A DNA stretch of 32,000 nucleotides from Cyanobium sp. C1_MAG_00004. Lineage in GTDB: Bacteria > Cyanobacteriota > Cyanobacteriia > PCC-6307 > Cyanobiaceae. The notes below the pieces were generated by a model. It saw only the letters and a program-made list of their open reading frames with translations, searched no databases and had not been told where the DNA came from. This document shows positions 11,054-23,761 of this stretch, in pieces. A program made the translations under genes and the position numbers. Positions within the stretch are counted from its first letter, which is position 1, and the number at the start of each line of letters is the position of its first letter. The stretch lies in assembly GCA_027486935.1 (NCBI GenBank), contig JAIXOF010000120.1:1-32000 (forward strand), written 5' to 3'.

Positions 11054-11743
11054 GTGCCCCTGCCCGAGCAGCTGTTGCTGAGTGACCTGTTGCGTCGCCA
11101 TGTGCGCTGCGATCAGGGACTTGACCATGGAGCCGGTGTGCTCGCCTGGATGCATCCGCCGGTGCATCGGCTGCTGGGCTGGGTGAGCCGGCCTTCGGCT
11201 TTCGGCTCCCGCCGGCTGGTCTGGCGGCTGAACCAGCTGCGGGGCCTGGCCGAGCTCGAGGCGATGGTCAAGGGTGAACCGGCCGAAACCGATCTCGAGA
11301 CCGTCGAACGGCTGCCGACCCTGTTTCAGGCTGCGGTGCTCGGCAACCGGGATCAACAGCTGGGCACCGTGGTGGATGCGGCGGTCGAGTTGGGCACCGG
11401 GACCATCCGCCACTACCTGGTGAGCCGCAGCGACCCGCGCCTGCCGGGAAGCAGCCGCTGGCGCCTCAGTCCGGACCGCATCGACGATCAGCAGCCGGGG
11501 CGGGTGTTCGCCCGGCTCGAAGAGCTCGATGATCTGCCCCTGGCGCGGGCCAGTGTGCGCCAGGAATTGCTGCGTCGCTCGCGCCGCTGGCGGGATCAGG
11601 TCCAGGACCTGGGTGACCGCTTTGAGCAGCGGGTCGAGGGCTGGCTTGAGGAACCCCCCTGGCAGGAGCCCGAGCCTGAACCCTGGGATCAGCGATCCCC
11701 GCGGCGATCGGCACCGGTGGCCGACGATGACCCCTGGATCTGA
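11054..11743 (+). CDS. Conserved hypothetical protein, PRC-barrel-like (the gene that follows dnaN in picocyanobacteria)
   Basis: 229 aa with a GTG start only 6 nt after the dnaN stop. I recognise it only by position and general similarity to the conserved hypothetical annotated as PRC-barrel-like downstream of dnaN in Prochlorococcus and marine Synechococcus. No catalytic motif is visible. The C-terminal tail is charged and contains WQEPEPEPW. Confidence 0.65.
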   Translation: MPLPEQLLLSDLLRRHVRCDQGLDHGAGVLAWMHPPVHRLLGWVSRPSAFGSRRLVWRLNQLRGLAELEAMVKGEPAETDLETVERLPTLFQAAVLGNRDQQLGTVVDAAVELGTGTIRHYLVSRSDPRLPGSSRWRLSPDRIDDQQPGRVFARLEELDDLPLARASVRQELLRRSRRWRDQVQDLGDRFEQRVEGWLEEPPWQEPEPEPWDQRSPRRSAPVADDDPWI

Positions 11744-11769
11744 TACTGGAGGGCTGACGCCTCGCCGCC

Positions 11770-14130
11770 GTGCCTTCGTCTGCGCCCCAGCCCGACTATC
11801 CCCTGGACGCGGCTCTGAAGAAGGAGAACCTCAGCCGCGCTGATTACGACGAGATCTGCCGGCGCCTGGGCCGGGCCCCCAACCGGGCCGAACTGGGCAT
11901 GTTTGGCGTCATGTGGTCCGAGCACTGCTGCTACCGCAACAGCCGGCCGCTGCTGGCGGGCTTCCCCACCAGCGGGCCCCGCATCCTGGTCGGCCCCGGT
12001 GAGAACGCCGGTGTGGTCGATCTGGGCGAGGGGCAGCGGCTGGCCTTCAAGATCGAAAGCCACAACCACCCCTCGGCGGTCGAGCCGTTTCAGGGGGCTG
12101 CCACGGGCGTCGGCGGCATCCTGCGGGACATCTTCACCATGGGCGCCCGGCCGATCGCCCTGCTTAATGCGTTGCGGTTTGGTCCCCTCGACGATCCCCG
12201 CAACGTCGGCCTGATGGAGGGGGTGGTCGCCGGCATCGCCCATTACGGCAACTGCGTCGGCGTCCCCACCGTGGGCGGTGAGGTGGCCTTCGATCCCAGC
12301 TACAGCGGCAACCCCCTGGTCAACGCCATGGCCCTGGGGCTGATGGAGACCGATCAGATCGTCTGCTCCGGTGCCGAGGGCGTCGGCTATCCGGTGGTCT
12401 ACGTGGGTAGCACCACCGGTCGCGATGGCATGGGCGGTGCCAGCTTCGCCAGCGCCGAACTCACCGAGGCGTCGCTCGATGACCGTCCCGCGGTGCAGGT
12501 GGGTGATCCCTTTCTCGAGAAGGGCCTGATCGAGGCCTGTCTCGAAGCCTTCCAAACCGGTGATGTGGTCGCCGCCCAGGACATGGGCGCCGCCGGCCTC
12601 ACCTGCAGCTGCTCAGAGATGGCGGCCAAGGGGGGGCTGGGCATCGAGCTCGACCTGGATCGGGTGCCGGCCCGCGAGCAGGGCATGACGGCCTACGAGT
12701 TTCTGCTGAGCGAATCCCAGGAACGGATGCTGTTCGTGGTCAGACCGGGCCGCGAAGACGCGCTCATGGCCCGTTTCAGCCGCTGGGGGCTGCAGGCGGC
12801 TGTGGTCGGCCGGGTGCTGCAGGAGAACGTCGTGCGGGTGCTGCAGCACGGCCAGGTGGCCGCCGAAGTGCCGGCCAGTGCCCTGGCCGATGACACGCCG
12901 ATCAACCACCACGAGCTGTTGGCTGAGCCTCCGGCTGCGATCCAGGCCCACTGGCGCTGGAGCGAGTCCGATCTGCCGACAGCCGGTGCCGCCGGCATCA
13001 ATGGCCTCAGCTGGAGCGAGGTGTTGCTGGCGCTGTTGGACGACCCCACCATCGCTTCCAAGCGCTGGGTCTATCGCCAGTACGACCATCAGGTGCAGGC
13101 CAACACGGTGGTGCCCCCCGGTGGCGCCGATGCTGCCGTGGTGCGGTTGCGTCCCCAGCAGGGTGAGGGGTCCCTCAGCGCTGCCAAGCGCGGTGTGGCG
13201 GCGGTGGTGGACTGTCCCAACCGCTGGGTGGCCCTCGATCCCGAGCGGGGCGGCATGGCGGCGGTGGCCGAGGCGGCCCGCAACCTGAGCTGCGTCGGTG
13301 CCGAGCCCCTGGCGATCACCGACAACCTCAATTTCCCGTCGCCGGAGACCCCGACGGGGTACTGGCAGCTGGCGATGGCCTGCCGCGGCCTGTCGGTCGC
13401 CTGCACGGCCCTCGGCACCCCGGTCACCGGTGGCAACGTCTCGCTCTACAACGAGACCCGCCTGCCCGACGGGGCGATGCAGCCGATCCATCCCACCCCG
13501 GTGGTGGGCATGGTCGGCCTGGTGCATGACCTGGGCCGCCTGTGTGGTCTGGCCTGGCGCGAACCCGGTGATGCGATCTGGTTGCTGGGGGTTCCCCTGG
13601 CCGAGGCCCGGGATCCGCGCGTCAGCCTGGCGGCGACCAGTTACCTCGAACGGCTCCATGGCCAGGTCACCGGCCGGCCGCCCCTGACCGATCTGGATCT
13701 GGAGACGGCCGTGCAGGCGGCGGTGCGGTCGGCGATTGCAGGCGGGTTGCTGGCGTCCGCCCACGATCTCAGCGATGGCGGTCTGGGCGTGGCCGCAGCC
13801 GAATGCTGCATCGCCTCTGGTCTGGGGGCCAGCCTTGACCTGCCCTCACCGGCAGACGCCCACCGCCTCGATCGGTTGTTGTTCGCCGAAGGAGGCGCCC
13901 GCATCCTGGTCAGCGTTTCAGCTGCCCAGGCCGGCGCCTGGCAACAGGTTCTCGACGCCGCTGCGGCGGCGCTGCCGGCCCAGCGTCTTGGGGTGGTCAG
14001 CGCTGATCCCACCCTGGCGATCCGTGCCGGCGATCAGGAGCTGCTGCAGGTGCCGGTCAGCCGGCTGGTTTCTGTTTTCGAGCAGGCGATTCCCCGGCGC
14101 ATGGCCAGTGGGATCCCTCCGACGGCCTGA
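11770..14130 (+). CDS. purL: Phosphoribosylformylglycinamidine synthase subunit PurL (FGAM synthase II)
   Basis: 786 aa with PurL motifs: [25 protein letters not shown] and [36 protein letters not shown]. Confidence 0.93.
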   Translation: MPSSAPQPDYPLDAALKKENLSRADYDEICRRLGRAPNRAELGMFGVMWSEHCCYRNSRPLLAGFPTSGPRILVGPGENAGVVDLGEGQRLAFKIESHNHPSAVEPFQGAATGVGGILRDIFTMGARPIALLNALRFGPLDDPRNVGLMEGVVAGIAHYGNCVGVPTVGGEVAFDPSYSGNPLVNAMALGLMETDQIVCSGAEGVGYPVVYVGSTTGRDGMGGASFASAELTEASLDDRPAVQVGDPFLEKGLIEACLEAFQTGDVVAAQDMGAAGLTCSCSEMAAKGGLGIELDLDRVPAREQGMTAYEFLLSESQERMLFVVRPGREDALMARFSRWGLQAAVVGRVLQENVVRVLQHGQVAAEVPASALADDTPINHHELLAEPPAAIQAHWRWSESDLPTAGAAGINGLSWSEVLLALLDDPTIASKRWVYRQYDHQVQANTVVPPGGADAAVVRLRPQQGEGSLSAAKRGVAAVVDCPNRWVALDPERGGMAAVAEAARNLSCVGAEPLAITDNLNFPSPETPTGYWQLAMACRGLSVACTALGTPVTGGNVSLYNETRLPDGAMQPIHPTPVVGMVGLVHDLGRLCGLAWREPGDAIWLLGVPLAEARDPRVSLAATSYLERLHGQVTGRPPLTDLDLETAVQAAVRSAIAGGLLASAHDLSDGGLGVAAAECCIASGLGASLDLPSPADAHRLDRLLFAEGGARILVSVSAAQAGAWQQVLDAAAAALPAQRLGVVSADPTLAIRAGDQELLQVPVSRLVSVFEQAIPRRMASGIPPTA

Positions 14131-15645
14131 TGCAGAATGAACTTGACTGCCGGGGTGATGGCTCTGTGGACGACGCTCTCCTCCCGTCCATGAGCCCCGA
14201 CGAGCGCCCCGACAAGCCCGAGGAGGCCTGCGGTGTCTTTGCGGTGCTGGCGGCTGGACAGCCCGTGGCCAACTTGACCTACTTCGGCCTGTACGCCCTG
14301 CAGCACCGAGGTCAGGAATCGGCCGGGATCGCCGTGTTCGACGGCGAGGCCAGGGTCCGCATGCACAAGGACATGGGCCTGGTCTCCCAGGTGTTCGACC
14401 AATCCGTGCTCGAGCGCCTGATCGGTGATCTGGCGATCGGCCACAACCGGTATTCGACCACTGGCAGCAGCCGGGTCTGCAATGCCCAGCCAGTGCTGCT
14501 GATGACCCGGTTGGGTCCCCTGGCACTGGCCCACAACGGCAATCTGGTCAATGCGGCCGAGCTGCGCCAGTCTCTGCTGGAGCACGCCGACCATTTCACC
14601 TCGACCACTGACTCTGAGCTGATTGCCTTTGCCATCCAGCAGGAGGTCAACCGCGGCCTCGACTGGGATAGCGCAATCCGGGCCGCGGCTGCCCGTTGCC
14701 GAGGCGCCTTCAGCCTGGTGATCGGCACCCCTGAAGGTCTGTTCGCCCTCAGGGATGGCCATGGCATCCGCCCCCTGGTGTTCGGTCATCTGGGCGAGTC
14801 GTTCCAGGGCCAGTGGGTCGTCAGCAGTGAAACCTGCGGGCTCGACATCATCGGCGCCGGTTTTGACGGCGATGTGGAACCGGGGGAACTGATCCATTTC
14901 AGACCGGGCGCCGCCGTTCCTGAACGGAGCCGCTGGTGCCAGCAGCCCCCCAAGCTGTGCGTGTTCGAGATGATCTATTTCGCCCGCCCCGACAGCCGTT
15001 TCTTCGGTGAATCGCTGTACAGCTATCGGGTGCGCATCGGCGAGGCCCTGGCCCGCGAGATGCCGGTCGAAGCCGATCTGGTCATCGGCGTCCCGGATTC
15101 AGGCATTCCTGCCGCCATCGGTTATTCGCAGTCCACCGGCATTCCCTTTGCCGACGGTCTGATCAAGAACCGCTACGTCGGCCGCACGTTCATTCAGCCG
15201 ACCCAGGCCATGCGCGAGGCCGGGATCCGCGTCAAGCTCAATCCCCTGCCGGATGTGCTCGCCGGCAAGCGGGTGGTGGTGATCGATGACTCGATCGTGC
15301 GCGGCACCACCAGCCGCAAGCTGGTGGCCGCCCTGCGCGATGCCGGCGCCACCGAGGTGCACATGCGCATCAGCTCACCGGCCGTCACCCATCCCTGCTT
15401 CTACGGGATCGATACCGACACCCAGGACCAGCTGATCGCCGCCCGGCTCACCCTGGCCGAGATCAGCGCCCATCTGGGCGTGGATTCCCTGGCCTATCTG
15501 AGCAAGCAGGGCATGGTCGAGGCAGCCCAGGCCCCCTCTTCCCAGTTCTGCACAGCCTGTTTTGACGGTGCCTATCCGATCGAGATGGACGACTCAGTGC
15601 GCTCCAGCAAGCTGATGCTTGAGCCATCAGGCCTGGCGGCGACCG

Positions 15646-15659
<14 letters not shown>
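14130..15659 (+). CDS. purF: Amidophosphoribosyltransferase
   Basis: It has an N-terminal nucleophile Cys after a propeptide (EEACGVFAV), [15 protein letters not shown], and a PRPP loop ([14 protein letters not shown]). The ATG at 14130 overlaps the purL stop (TGATG). An alternative and perhaps more homologue-like start is the ATG at 14190 ([17 protein letters not shown]). Confidence 0.9.
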
Positions 15660-18126
<2,467 letters not shown>

Positions 18127-18164
18127 CCGGTGCTGCGGTGTGAGGGCTGAAAGTGGCGCTCAGC

Positions 18165-19100
18165 CTACAGATCTTCTTCGGGGTTCCCTTCGGGAGCGGC
18201 GTTGGCATGGGCCCGCTCCACCACCGTCCTGAGCTCCGGCAGGTTCAGCAGCTTCTGGGTCACGGCCCGTAGCTGCGGGCCCCACAGCTGTTCCTTCTGG
18301 TAGCTCTCGAGCACGTAATTGGGTTCACCATCCAGGGCCCGACCCGCCAGCTGCACAGACTCCTGGCGGTGCTGTGGTCCCAGGCCGAACAGGCCGGCAG
18401 CCAGGGCCAGCGTCGGTTCGGCGGCATCGGGTTTGAGCTTGAGCACGGCGCGCCAACGGTTGATCGCCGGCTGACGGTCTCCCTGTTCGTAGAGCACCAG
18501 CGCCTGGTTGTTGATCGCCTCCCAGAAGCTTGGCCGCAGGCCGGCCGCCCGTTCAAAGTCGGCCAAAGCGGCCCGGGGGTTGCCCAGCAGCAGGTGGGCG
18601 TTGCCCAGGTCAAAGAAGGCGCCGGCATTGCGGTTGTCGAGCCGCAGTCCCTCCTGCAGCAGGCCGACAGCCTGTTGCGGGTTGCCGTTGCGCAGGGCCA
18701 GGGACCCTTCGGCGAACCAGATGCCCGCATTGCGCGGATCCAGCTGTTTGGCCCGTGCCAGGGAGACCCCCGCCGACTTGAGCTGGTTGCTGCGCAACTG
18801 GGCCTCCGCCAGCAGCAACCAGCCCCGGGGGTCGTCCGGCAGCAGTTGCACGGTCAGGGCCGCCAGCCGGGCGGCATCGGCGGCCTGGCCCAGGCGCAGC
18901 AGCCGGCCGGCTGCCTGGGCGATGCCCAGGCCGGCACCTTCGAGCTCCTGGGGCCGCGGCACGTACACATAGGGCACCAGGGCCAGGGCGGCGGCGGGGA
19001 TGCTCAGGGTCAGTGCTGCGATCGCTGAACCACCCAGCACCGGTTTCACGGCCTTCAACAGCGCGGCGGTAACGCGTGAGCGCCGAGCGCACAGGCCCAT
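18165..19100 (-). CDS. TPR-repeat protein with N-terminal membrane anchor or signal
   Basis: 311 aa. A hydrophobic N-terminal segment (AIAALTLSIPAAALALVPYVYV) is followed by tandem 34-aa TPR-like repeats, e.g. WFAEGSLALRNGNPQQAVGLLQEGLRLDNRNAGAFFDLGNAHLLLGNPRAALADFERAAGLRPSFWEAINNQALVLYEQGD. Confidence 0.75.
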   Translation of the reverse strand: MGLCARRSRVTAALLKAVKPVLGGSAIAALTLSIPAAALALVPYVYVPRPQELEGAGLGIAQAAGRLLRLGQAADAARLAALTVQLLPDDPRGWLLLAEAQLRSNQLKSAGVSLARAKQLDPRNAGIWFAEGSLALRNGNPQQAVGLLQEGLRLDNRNAGAFFDLGNAHLLLGNPRAALADFERAAGLRPSFWEAINNQALVLYEQGDRQPAINRWRAVLKLKPDAAEPTLALAAGLFGLGPQHRQESVQLAGRALDGEPNYVLESYQKEQLWGPQLRAVTQKLLNLPELRTVVERAHANAAPEGNPEEDL

Positions 19101-19119
19101 GGCTACCAGACAGGTCAGC

Positions 19120-20073
19120 TCAGCCTAGGGAGCGGATGTTGCGGCGCCATTGCTCGGGCTTGATGCGTCGCAGGGCCGAGGCCCGCAGCTGTTCATCCCA
19201 GGTCTGATCGCTCCAGCCCAGAGCCTCGTCAGGTTGCAGGTTCAGCAGCCAGGACCTGGGTTGCAGATCGGGTTCTTGGCTGCTGCTGGCCTGCCGGTTC
19301 CAGGGGCAGACCTCCTGGCAGATGTCGCAGCCGGCCACCCAGGGGGCCATCGCCCTGCTGATCTCGCGGGGCAGCTCGGGATCCCGGTTCTCGATGGTGT
19401 GGAAGGCGATGCAACGGCGGCTGTCGACCACAAACGGCTCGACGATCGCCTGGGTGGGGCAGGCCTCCAGACAGGCCGTGCAGCTGCCACACAGGCTTTC
19501 GGCGGGTTCATCGGCGGGCAGTTCGGCGCTCAGCAGCAGGTGACCCAGCAGCAACCAGGACCCCTGCCGGCGGTTGATCAGGTTGCTGTGCTTACCGATC
19601 CAGCCCAGACCAGCCTCCTCGGCCCAGGCCTTGTCGAGCAGGGGGGCACTGTCGACGCAGGCCCGCCAGCGCACCCCCGGGCTGCGCTGTTCGAGCCAAC
19701 GGCCCAGCCGGCGCAGCCGTTGATCCACAACGCGGTGGTAGTCGCGGCCCCAGCCGTAACGCGCCACCGCCAGCGATCCCTTCGCCCGTTCGGCGTTGAC
19801 GTAGTAATTGAGCCCCACCGCCAGCACGCTGCGCACTCCGGGCAACAGCAGCTCCAGCTGGCGGCGGCGTCCATCCGCCATCCAGGCCATCGAGGCCTGG
19901 TGACCTGCCGCCAGCCAGCGTTCCAGCGCGGCGGTGCGCAGCTGCAGTCGCTCGCTGGCGGGTACGGCGGCCACACCGACCGGCTCGAAACCCTGCGCGC
20001 GGGCCTGCTGCTTCAGCTCTGCTGCCAGTTCGGCGCTGCCGCCGGCTGTGGTTCTGGCAGAACCGCTGATCAC
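19120..20073 (-). CDS. queG: Epoxyqueuosine reductase (tRNA queuosine biosynthesis, Fe-S protein)
   Basis: 317 aa with a GTG start at 20073. It has two ferredoxin-type Cys clusters (CGSCTACLEACP and CDICQEVCPWN) and the conserved QueG core (GWGRDYH, GLGWIGKHSNLI). Confidence 0.85.
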   Translation of the reverse strand: MISGSARTTAGGSAELAAELKQQARAQGFEPVGVAAVPASERLQLRTAALERWLAAGHQASMAWMADGRRRQLELLLPGVRSVLAVGLNYYVNAERAKGSLAVARYGWGRDYHRVVDQRLRRLGRWLEQRSPGVRWRACVDSAPLLDKAWAEEAGLGWIGKHSNLINRRQGSWLLLGHLLLSAELPADEPAESLCGSCTACLEACPTQAIVEPFVVDSRRCIAFHTIENRDPELPREISRAMAPWVAGCDICQEVCPWNRQASSSQEPDLQPRSWLLNLQPDEALGWSDQTWDEQLRASALRRIKPEQWRRNIRSLG

Positions 20074-20116
20074 CCGTACAGTGCGCCCACACTTTCAAGT
20101 CTGCAGCGAACCGACC

Positions 20117-20770
20117 GTGGGTACAGAAACTTCAGGCCGTCTGGCACCGGTGTTGCGTTGGATCGGCCTCACCCTGGTCGTGTTGCTGGCCCTGCAGTTT
20201 CTGGTTCTGATCAGCGGCTGGAACTGGGCCGAAGACAACTTCCGTCAGCTGTTCGTGCAGGTGTTGGTCAGCCAGTCGCCCATGGCCCTGGTCGGTCTGG
20301 TGCTGATGCTGGTCGGGGCCCGGCTTGATGCGCCTGCCGGTCGCAGCCCCCTGCGGATCACCACCGGTGTGCTGAGCATCCTGCTGGCCATCGCCATGCT
20401 CGTGACCGTGCCGGTCTCGATGGGCGGTGACAAGTCCCTGGCCGAGCAGACCGACCAGCAACTGCAGGCCGGCGAAGGCCAGGTCCAGATGATGCGTTCC
20501 CAGCTGGCTGCTGCCACCCCCGAAGCCCTGGACCAGTTGGTGCAGCAGGCCGACCAGGCCGGTCAGCTGCCGGCCCAGGCCAGCGCCACCCAGAAGCGTC
20601 AGCTGGTCAGACAGCTGATGGGCGCTCAGATCAAGCGCGCCGAAGACCAGCTCAACCAGCAGCGCCGGGCCCGCGACCTCAATGTCAATCAGCGGCGCAT
20701 CGGCGGCACCGTCAGTGCCGTTGTGCTGCTGATCGCCTTTGTGCTGATCGCCCTGGCCGCCCTGCTCTGA
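20117..20770 (+). CDS. Conserved picocyanobacterial membrane protein (possibly HpsJ-family)
   Basis: Frame of track ORF 19934..20770, trimmed to the GTG at 20117 so that it no longer overlaps queG. It has several predicted TM helices (LRWIGLTLVVLLALQFLVLI, MALVGLVLMLVGA, VLSILLAIAMLVTVPV and a C-terminal VSAVVLLIAFVLIALAALL) and a Q-rich coiled segment. The family assignment is from memory only. Confidence 0.5.
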   Translation: MGTETSGRLAPVLRWIGLTLVVLLALQFLVLISGWNWAEDNFRQLFVQVLVSQSPMALVGLVLMLVGARLDAPAGRSPLRITTGVLSILLAIAMLVTVPVSMGGDKSLAEQTDQQLQAGEGQVQMMRSQLAAATPEALDQLVQQADQAGQLPAQASATQKRQLVRQLMGAQIKRAEDQLNQQRRARDLNVNQRRIGGTVSAVVLLIAFVLIALAALL

Positions 20771-20833
20771 CCGGGCTTCCCCCCGGCTGGCTAAGTTGCG
20801 GATTGGTGCTTCAAGCCGCTGCCGGGAGCTGAG

Positions 20834-21562
20834 GTGGTTCCATCCAGTCCAAAACCCGACGAACCGTTGGGTGATCGCCTTCAGCAGGATCTGAAGAACG
20901 ATCTGATTGCCGGTCTGCTGGTGGTGATTCCCCTGGCGACCACCATTTGGCTGGCCACCACCGTCAGCCGCTTTGTGCTGGCGTTTTTGACGTCGATCCC
21001 CAAGCAGGTCAATCCGTTCAACACCCTCAATCCGGTGTTGCAGGAGTTGATCAACCTGGGGGTCGGTCTGCTGGTCCCCCTGCTGGGGATCCTGCTGATT
21101 GGCCTGATGGCCCGCAACATCGTCGGTCGCTGGTTGCTCGAGTTCGGTGAGGGGACCCTGCTGCGGATCCCCTTGGCCGGCTCGGTCTACAAGACCCTCA
21201 AGCAGCTGCTCGAGACCTTTCTGCAGGGCAGCTCCAGCCGGTTCCGCCGTGTGGTTCTGGTCGAGTACCCCCGGGAGGGTCTCTATGCGCTCGGTTTCGT
21301 CACCGGTCTGATCGGTGGCTCCCTGCAGGCCGGTTTTGACGAGCCGATGCTGAGCGTGTTCATTCCGACGGCACCCAACCCCACCACCGGCTGGTACGCC
21401 GTGGTGCCGGAGCGGTCCGTACGCGACCTTGACCTTTCGGTCGAAGACGCCTTCCGCACGATCATCTCGGCCGGCATCGTCAGCCCCGATGATCGAGAAC
21501 CTGCCTCCAACCGCAGTTTTTCAAGCCTTCTGGCCCAGTTGCGCGCACCCCAGCTCTCCTGA
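20834..21562 (+). CDS. DUF502-domain membrane protein
   Basis: 242 aa with a GTG start preceded by GGAG. It has N-terminal TM helices and the conserved blocks GSVYKTLKQL, VVLVEYPREGLYALGFVTG and VFIPTAPNPTTGW, which I associate with DUF502. Confidence 0.7.
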   Translation: MVPSSPKPDEPLGDRLQQDLKNDLIAGLLVVIPLATTIWLATTVSRFVLAFLTSIPKQVNPFNTLNPVLQELINLGVGLLVPLLGILLIGLMARNIVGRWLLEFGEGTLLRIPLAGSVYKTLKQLLETFLQGSSSRFRRVVLVEYPREGLYALGFVTGLIGGSLQAGFDEPMLSVFIPTAPNPTTGWYAVVPERSVRDLDLSVEDAFRTIISAGIVSPDDREPASNRSFSSLLAQLRAPQLS

Positions 21563-22227
21563 TGCAGAGTCGAACCATTGCCAGGGAACTGGCGTTGCTG
21601 ATGCTGGGTCAGACCAGCGACCGCGGCGAGCGCTCCGGCGCCGCTGCCGCCTCCAAAGACCTGTCGGAGGCCTCGCTGACCCCCCTGTTGCACCAGGCCC
21701 TGGCAGGCCTGCATCAGCACGCCCGCGAGGCTCTGGATCGCTCGGCCGAGAATCTTCAGGGTGCCGAGCAGTTGCTGCTCGACAGTGAGCTGCAGGAGGG
21801 GGCGGAGGCGCAGCAGGCGGCCCAGCTGCCGCTGGTGCGCCAACACCTCAAGGATGGTCTGACCCAGGCCGAGCTGGCGCTGAACCGCATTTCGGCCGTG
21901 CTCGAGTTGCCGCGGGTGCTGTTGCTGGCTGACCAGCAGGAGGTGCGCAGTGATGCGATCGCCCGCACCCGCGCCGTGCTCAAGCATCGCGAGCAGATTG
22001 ATCGCAACCTCGATCAGGTTATGGAAGGCTGGCGTCTGACCCGCCTGCCGCGGATCGACCGCGACATCCTGCGTCTGGCGGCTGCCGATCTTGAGGTGTT
22101 CGGCACACCGGCGGCGGTCGCCTGCAACGAAGCGATCGAACTGGCGCATCGCTACAGCGATGATCAGGGTCGCCGCATGATCCATGGCGTGTTGCGGCGG
22201 CTCACCAGCGCCGCATCCGCGTCCTGA
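21562..22227 (+). CDS. nusB: Transcription antitermination factor NusB
   Basis: 221 aa. The ATG overlaps the DUF502 stop (TGATG). The N-terminus is ARELALLMLGQ and the C-terminus is DRDILRLAAADLEVFGTPAAVACNEAIELAHRYSDDQGRRMIHGVLRR, which is NusB-like. Confidence 0.85.
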   Translation: MQSRTIARELALLMLGQTSDRGERSGAAAASKDLSEASLTPLLHQALAGLHQHAREALDRSAENLQGAEQLLLDSELQEGAEAQQAAQLPLVRQHLKDGLTQAELALNRISAVLELPRVLLLADQQEVRSDAIARTRAVLKHREQIDRNLDQVMEGWRLTRLPRIDRDILRLAAADLEVFGTPAAVACNEAIELAHRYSDDQGRRMIHGVLRRLTSAASAS

Positions 22228-22244
22228 TCGGACCTGCTGACCCC

Positions 22245-23708
22245 ATGGTTTACGACTGGTTCAACCGCAGCGCCGAAGGGGTTGCCGGCGACGCCCAGGA
22301 GCCCCAGCCGGCCACTGCGGCCACTGGGGCCGCCGCAGCCGAGCCCGCGGTCGAGCCCGCTCAGGACAGCCCCCAGGCTTCGGACCAGGACGATGCCCTG
22401 GCCTGGGCCCGGGAGGCCTACGCCCGGCTCAAGGCCCAGCAGGAGGCGGCCCGCACAGCCCCGCCGGCCGAGGCCCAGGTCACACCGGATCTGCAGAAAC
22501 CGGTCGAATCGATCGAACCGGCCGAGCCACCGGCACCGCCGGAGCCAGAGCCAGAGCCGGAGCCGGTCAATGGGCCAGCGGCGCCTGCCCTGTCCCTGCT
22601 CGAGCGGGCGGCGGCCCAGCGGGCTGAGCGGCTGGAGGCCCTCACCGCCGCTGACAGCCCGGTCCCGGCAGCTCCTGCCGCGGCAGAACCCGAGCTCGGC
22701 GACTTTGATGACACCTTCACCTGGTCGGCCGAGGTGCTGGCTGCCCAGGGCAAGCGCGTTGATCAGATCTCTCTCGAAGAGATCGATTGGCTGACGCGTC
22801 TGCGTCAGGGCCTTGAGAAGACCCGGCAGGGATTCGTCAGCCAGCTGCTCGAGAACCTCGGCGACGATCCCCTCACGCCTGCGGTTCTCGACGATCTCGA
22901 GACCACCCTGCTGCGGGCCGATGTGGGCGTGCAGGCCACCGATCAGGTGCTCGAGGCCCTGCGCCGACGCCTCAACACCGAGGTGGTGGACCCTGCCGAG
23001 GGCATCCGCTTTCTCAAAGAGCAGCTCCGGGAGCTGCTCGAGACCCCGATCCGGCGTTGTGACCATCCGCTGCTGGCACCCCAGCGCGGCCGGCTCAACG
23101 TCTGGCTGCTGGTGGGTGTCAACGGCGTCGGCAAGACCACGACCCTGGGCAAGCTGGCCAACCTGGCGGTGCGCAGTGGCTACAGCGCCCTGATCGCCGC
23201 CGCCGACACGTTCCGTGCCGCGGCGGTGCAACAGGTGCAGGTCTGGGGTGAGCGCAGCGGTGTGCCGGTGATCGCCAACCCCAGCGCCAATGCGGACCCC
23301 GCTGCGGTGGTCTACGACGCCATCGGCGCTGCCCAGGCCAAGGGCACCGACCTGGTGCTGGTGGACACCGCCGGTCGCCTGCAGACCAAGCACAACCTGA
23401 TGGAGGAGCTGGCCAAGGTGCGCCGCATCGTCGACAAGCTGGCCCCCGATGCCGCCGTCGAGTCGTTGCTGGTGCTCGATGCCAGCCAGGGTCAGAACGG
23501 CTTGCGCCAGGCGATGGCCTTTGCCAGCGCCGCCGGCCTCACCGGTGTGGTGCTCACCAAGCTCGACGGCAGCGCCCGCGGTGGGGTGGCCCTGGCCGTG
23601 GCTTCTGAAGCCGGTCTGCCGATCCGGTTCATCGGTGCCGGCGAGGGCATCCGCGACCTGCGGCCGTTCAACAGTTTCGAGTTCGTCGAGGCCCTGCTGT
23701 CCGGCTGA
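22245..23708 (+). CDS. ftsY: Signal recognition particle receptor FtsY
   Basis: 487 aa with an acidic, Pro/Ala-rich N-terminal A domain followed by an NG domain. GTPase motifs are GVNGVGKTTTLGKLA, DTAGRL and TKLDGSARGG. Confidence 0.92.
   Translation: MVYDWFNRSAEGVAGDAQEPQPATAATGAAAAEPAVEPAQDSPQASDQDDALAWAREAYARLKAQQEAARTAPPAEAQVTPDLQKPVESIEPAEPPAPPEPEPEPEPVNGPAAPALSLLERAAAQRAERLEALTAADSPVPAAPAAAEPELGDFDDTFTWSAEVLAAQGKRVDQISLEEIDWLTRLRQGLEKTRQGFVSQLLENLGDDPLTPAVLDDLETTLLRADVGVQATDQVLEALRRRLNTEVVDPAEGIRFLKEQLRELLETPIRRCDHPLLAPQRGRLNVWLLVGVNGVGKTTTLGKLANLAVRSGYSALIAAADTFRAAAVQQVQVWGERSGVPVIANPSANADPAAVVYDAIGAAQAKGTDLVLVDTAGRLQTKHNLMEELAKVRRIVDKLAPDAAVESLLVLDASQGQNGLRQAMAFASAAGLTGVVLTKLDGSARGGVALAVASEAGLPIRFIGAGEGIRDLRPFNSFEFVEALLSG
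22542..22565 (+). repeat. In-frame hexanucleotide repeat (GAGCCR)x4 encoding (EP)4 in the FtsY A domain
   Basis: GAGCCA GAGCCA GAGCCG GAGCCG is read directly and lies in frame with the ftsY start (22245 + 3x99). Confidence 0.9.
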
Positions 23709-23761
23709 GGGCTGCTGCTTCGGCGGGCTGAACCGGGCAACCATCGCTACTGTGCGGGTCC

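Noticed and set aside
18127-18164. CCTCACAC on the - strand, resembling the ultraconserved ACUCCUCACAC loop of the cyanobacterial sRNA Yfr1.
   Set aside because: Only 8 of 11 nt match. The 38-nt spacer cannot hold the two flanking stem-loops of Yfr1, and from memory Yfr1 maps elsewhere (the guaB/trxA region). This is most likely just the 5' leader of the ParC-like gene.
19934-20116. The track start of the membrane-protein ORF (19934) would overlap queG by 140 nt. Similar N-terminal extensions appear at 27147..28331 (dusA), 26191..27150 (rbp), 7704 (DUF1400) and 9839 (dnaN). Together these might suggest overlapping genes or fusions.
   Set aside because: The extensions are low-complexity, overlap well-supported neighbouring genes, and have internal ATG or GTG starts that reproduce the N-termini expected for each family. 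They are artefacts of longest-ORF calling.
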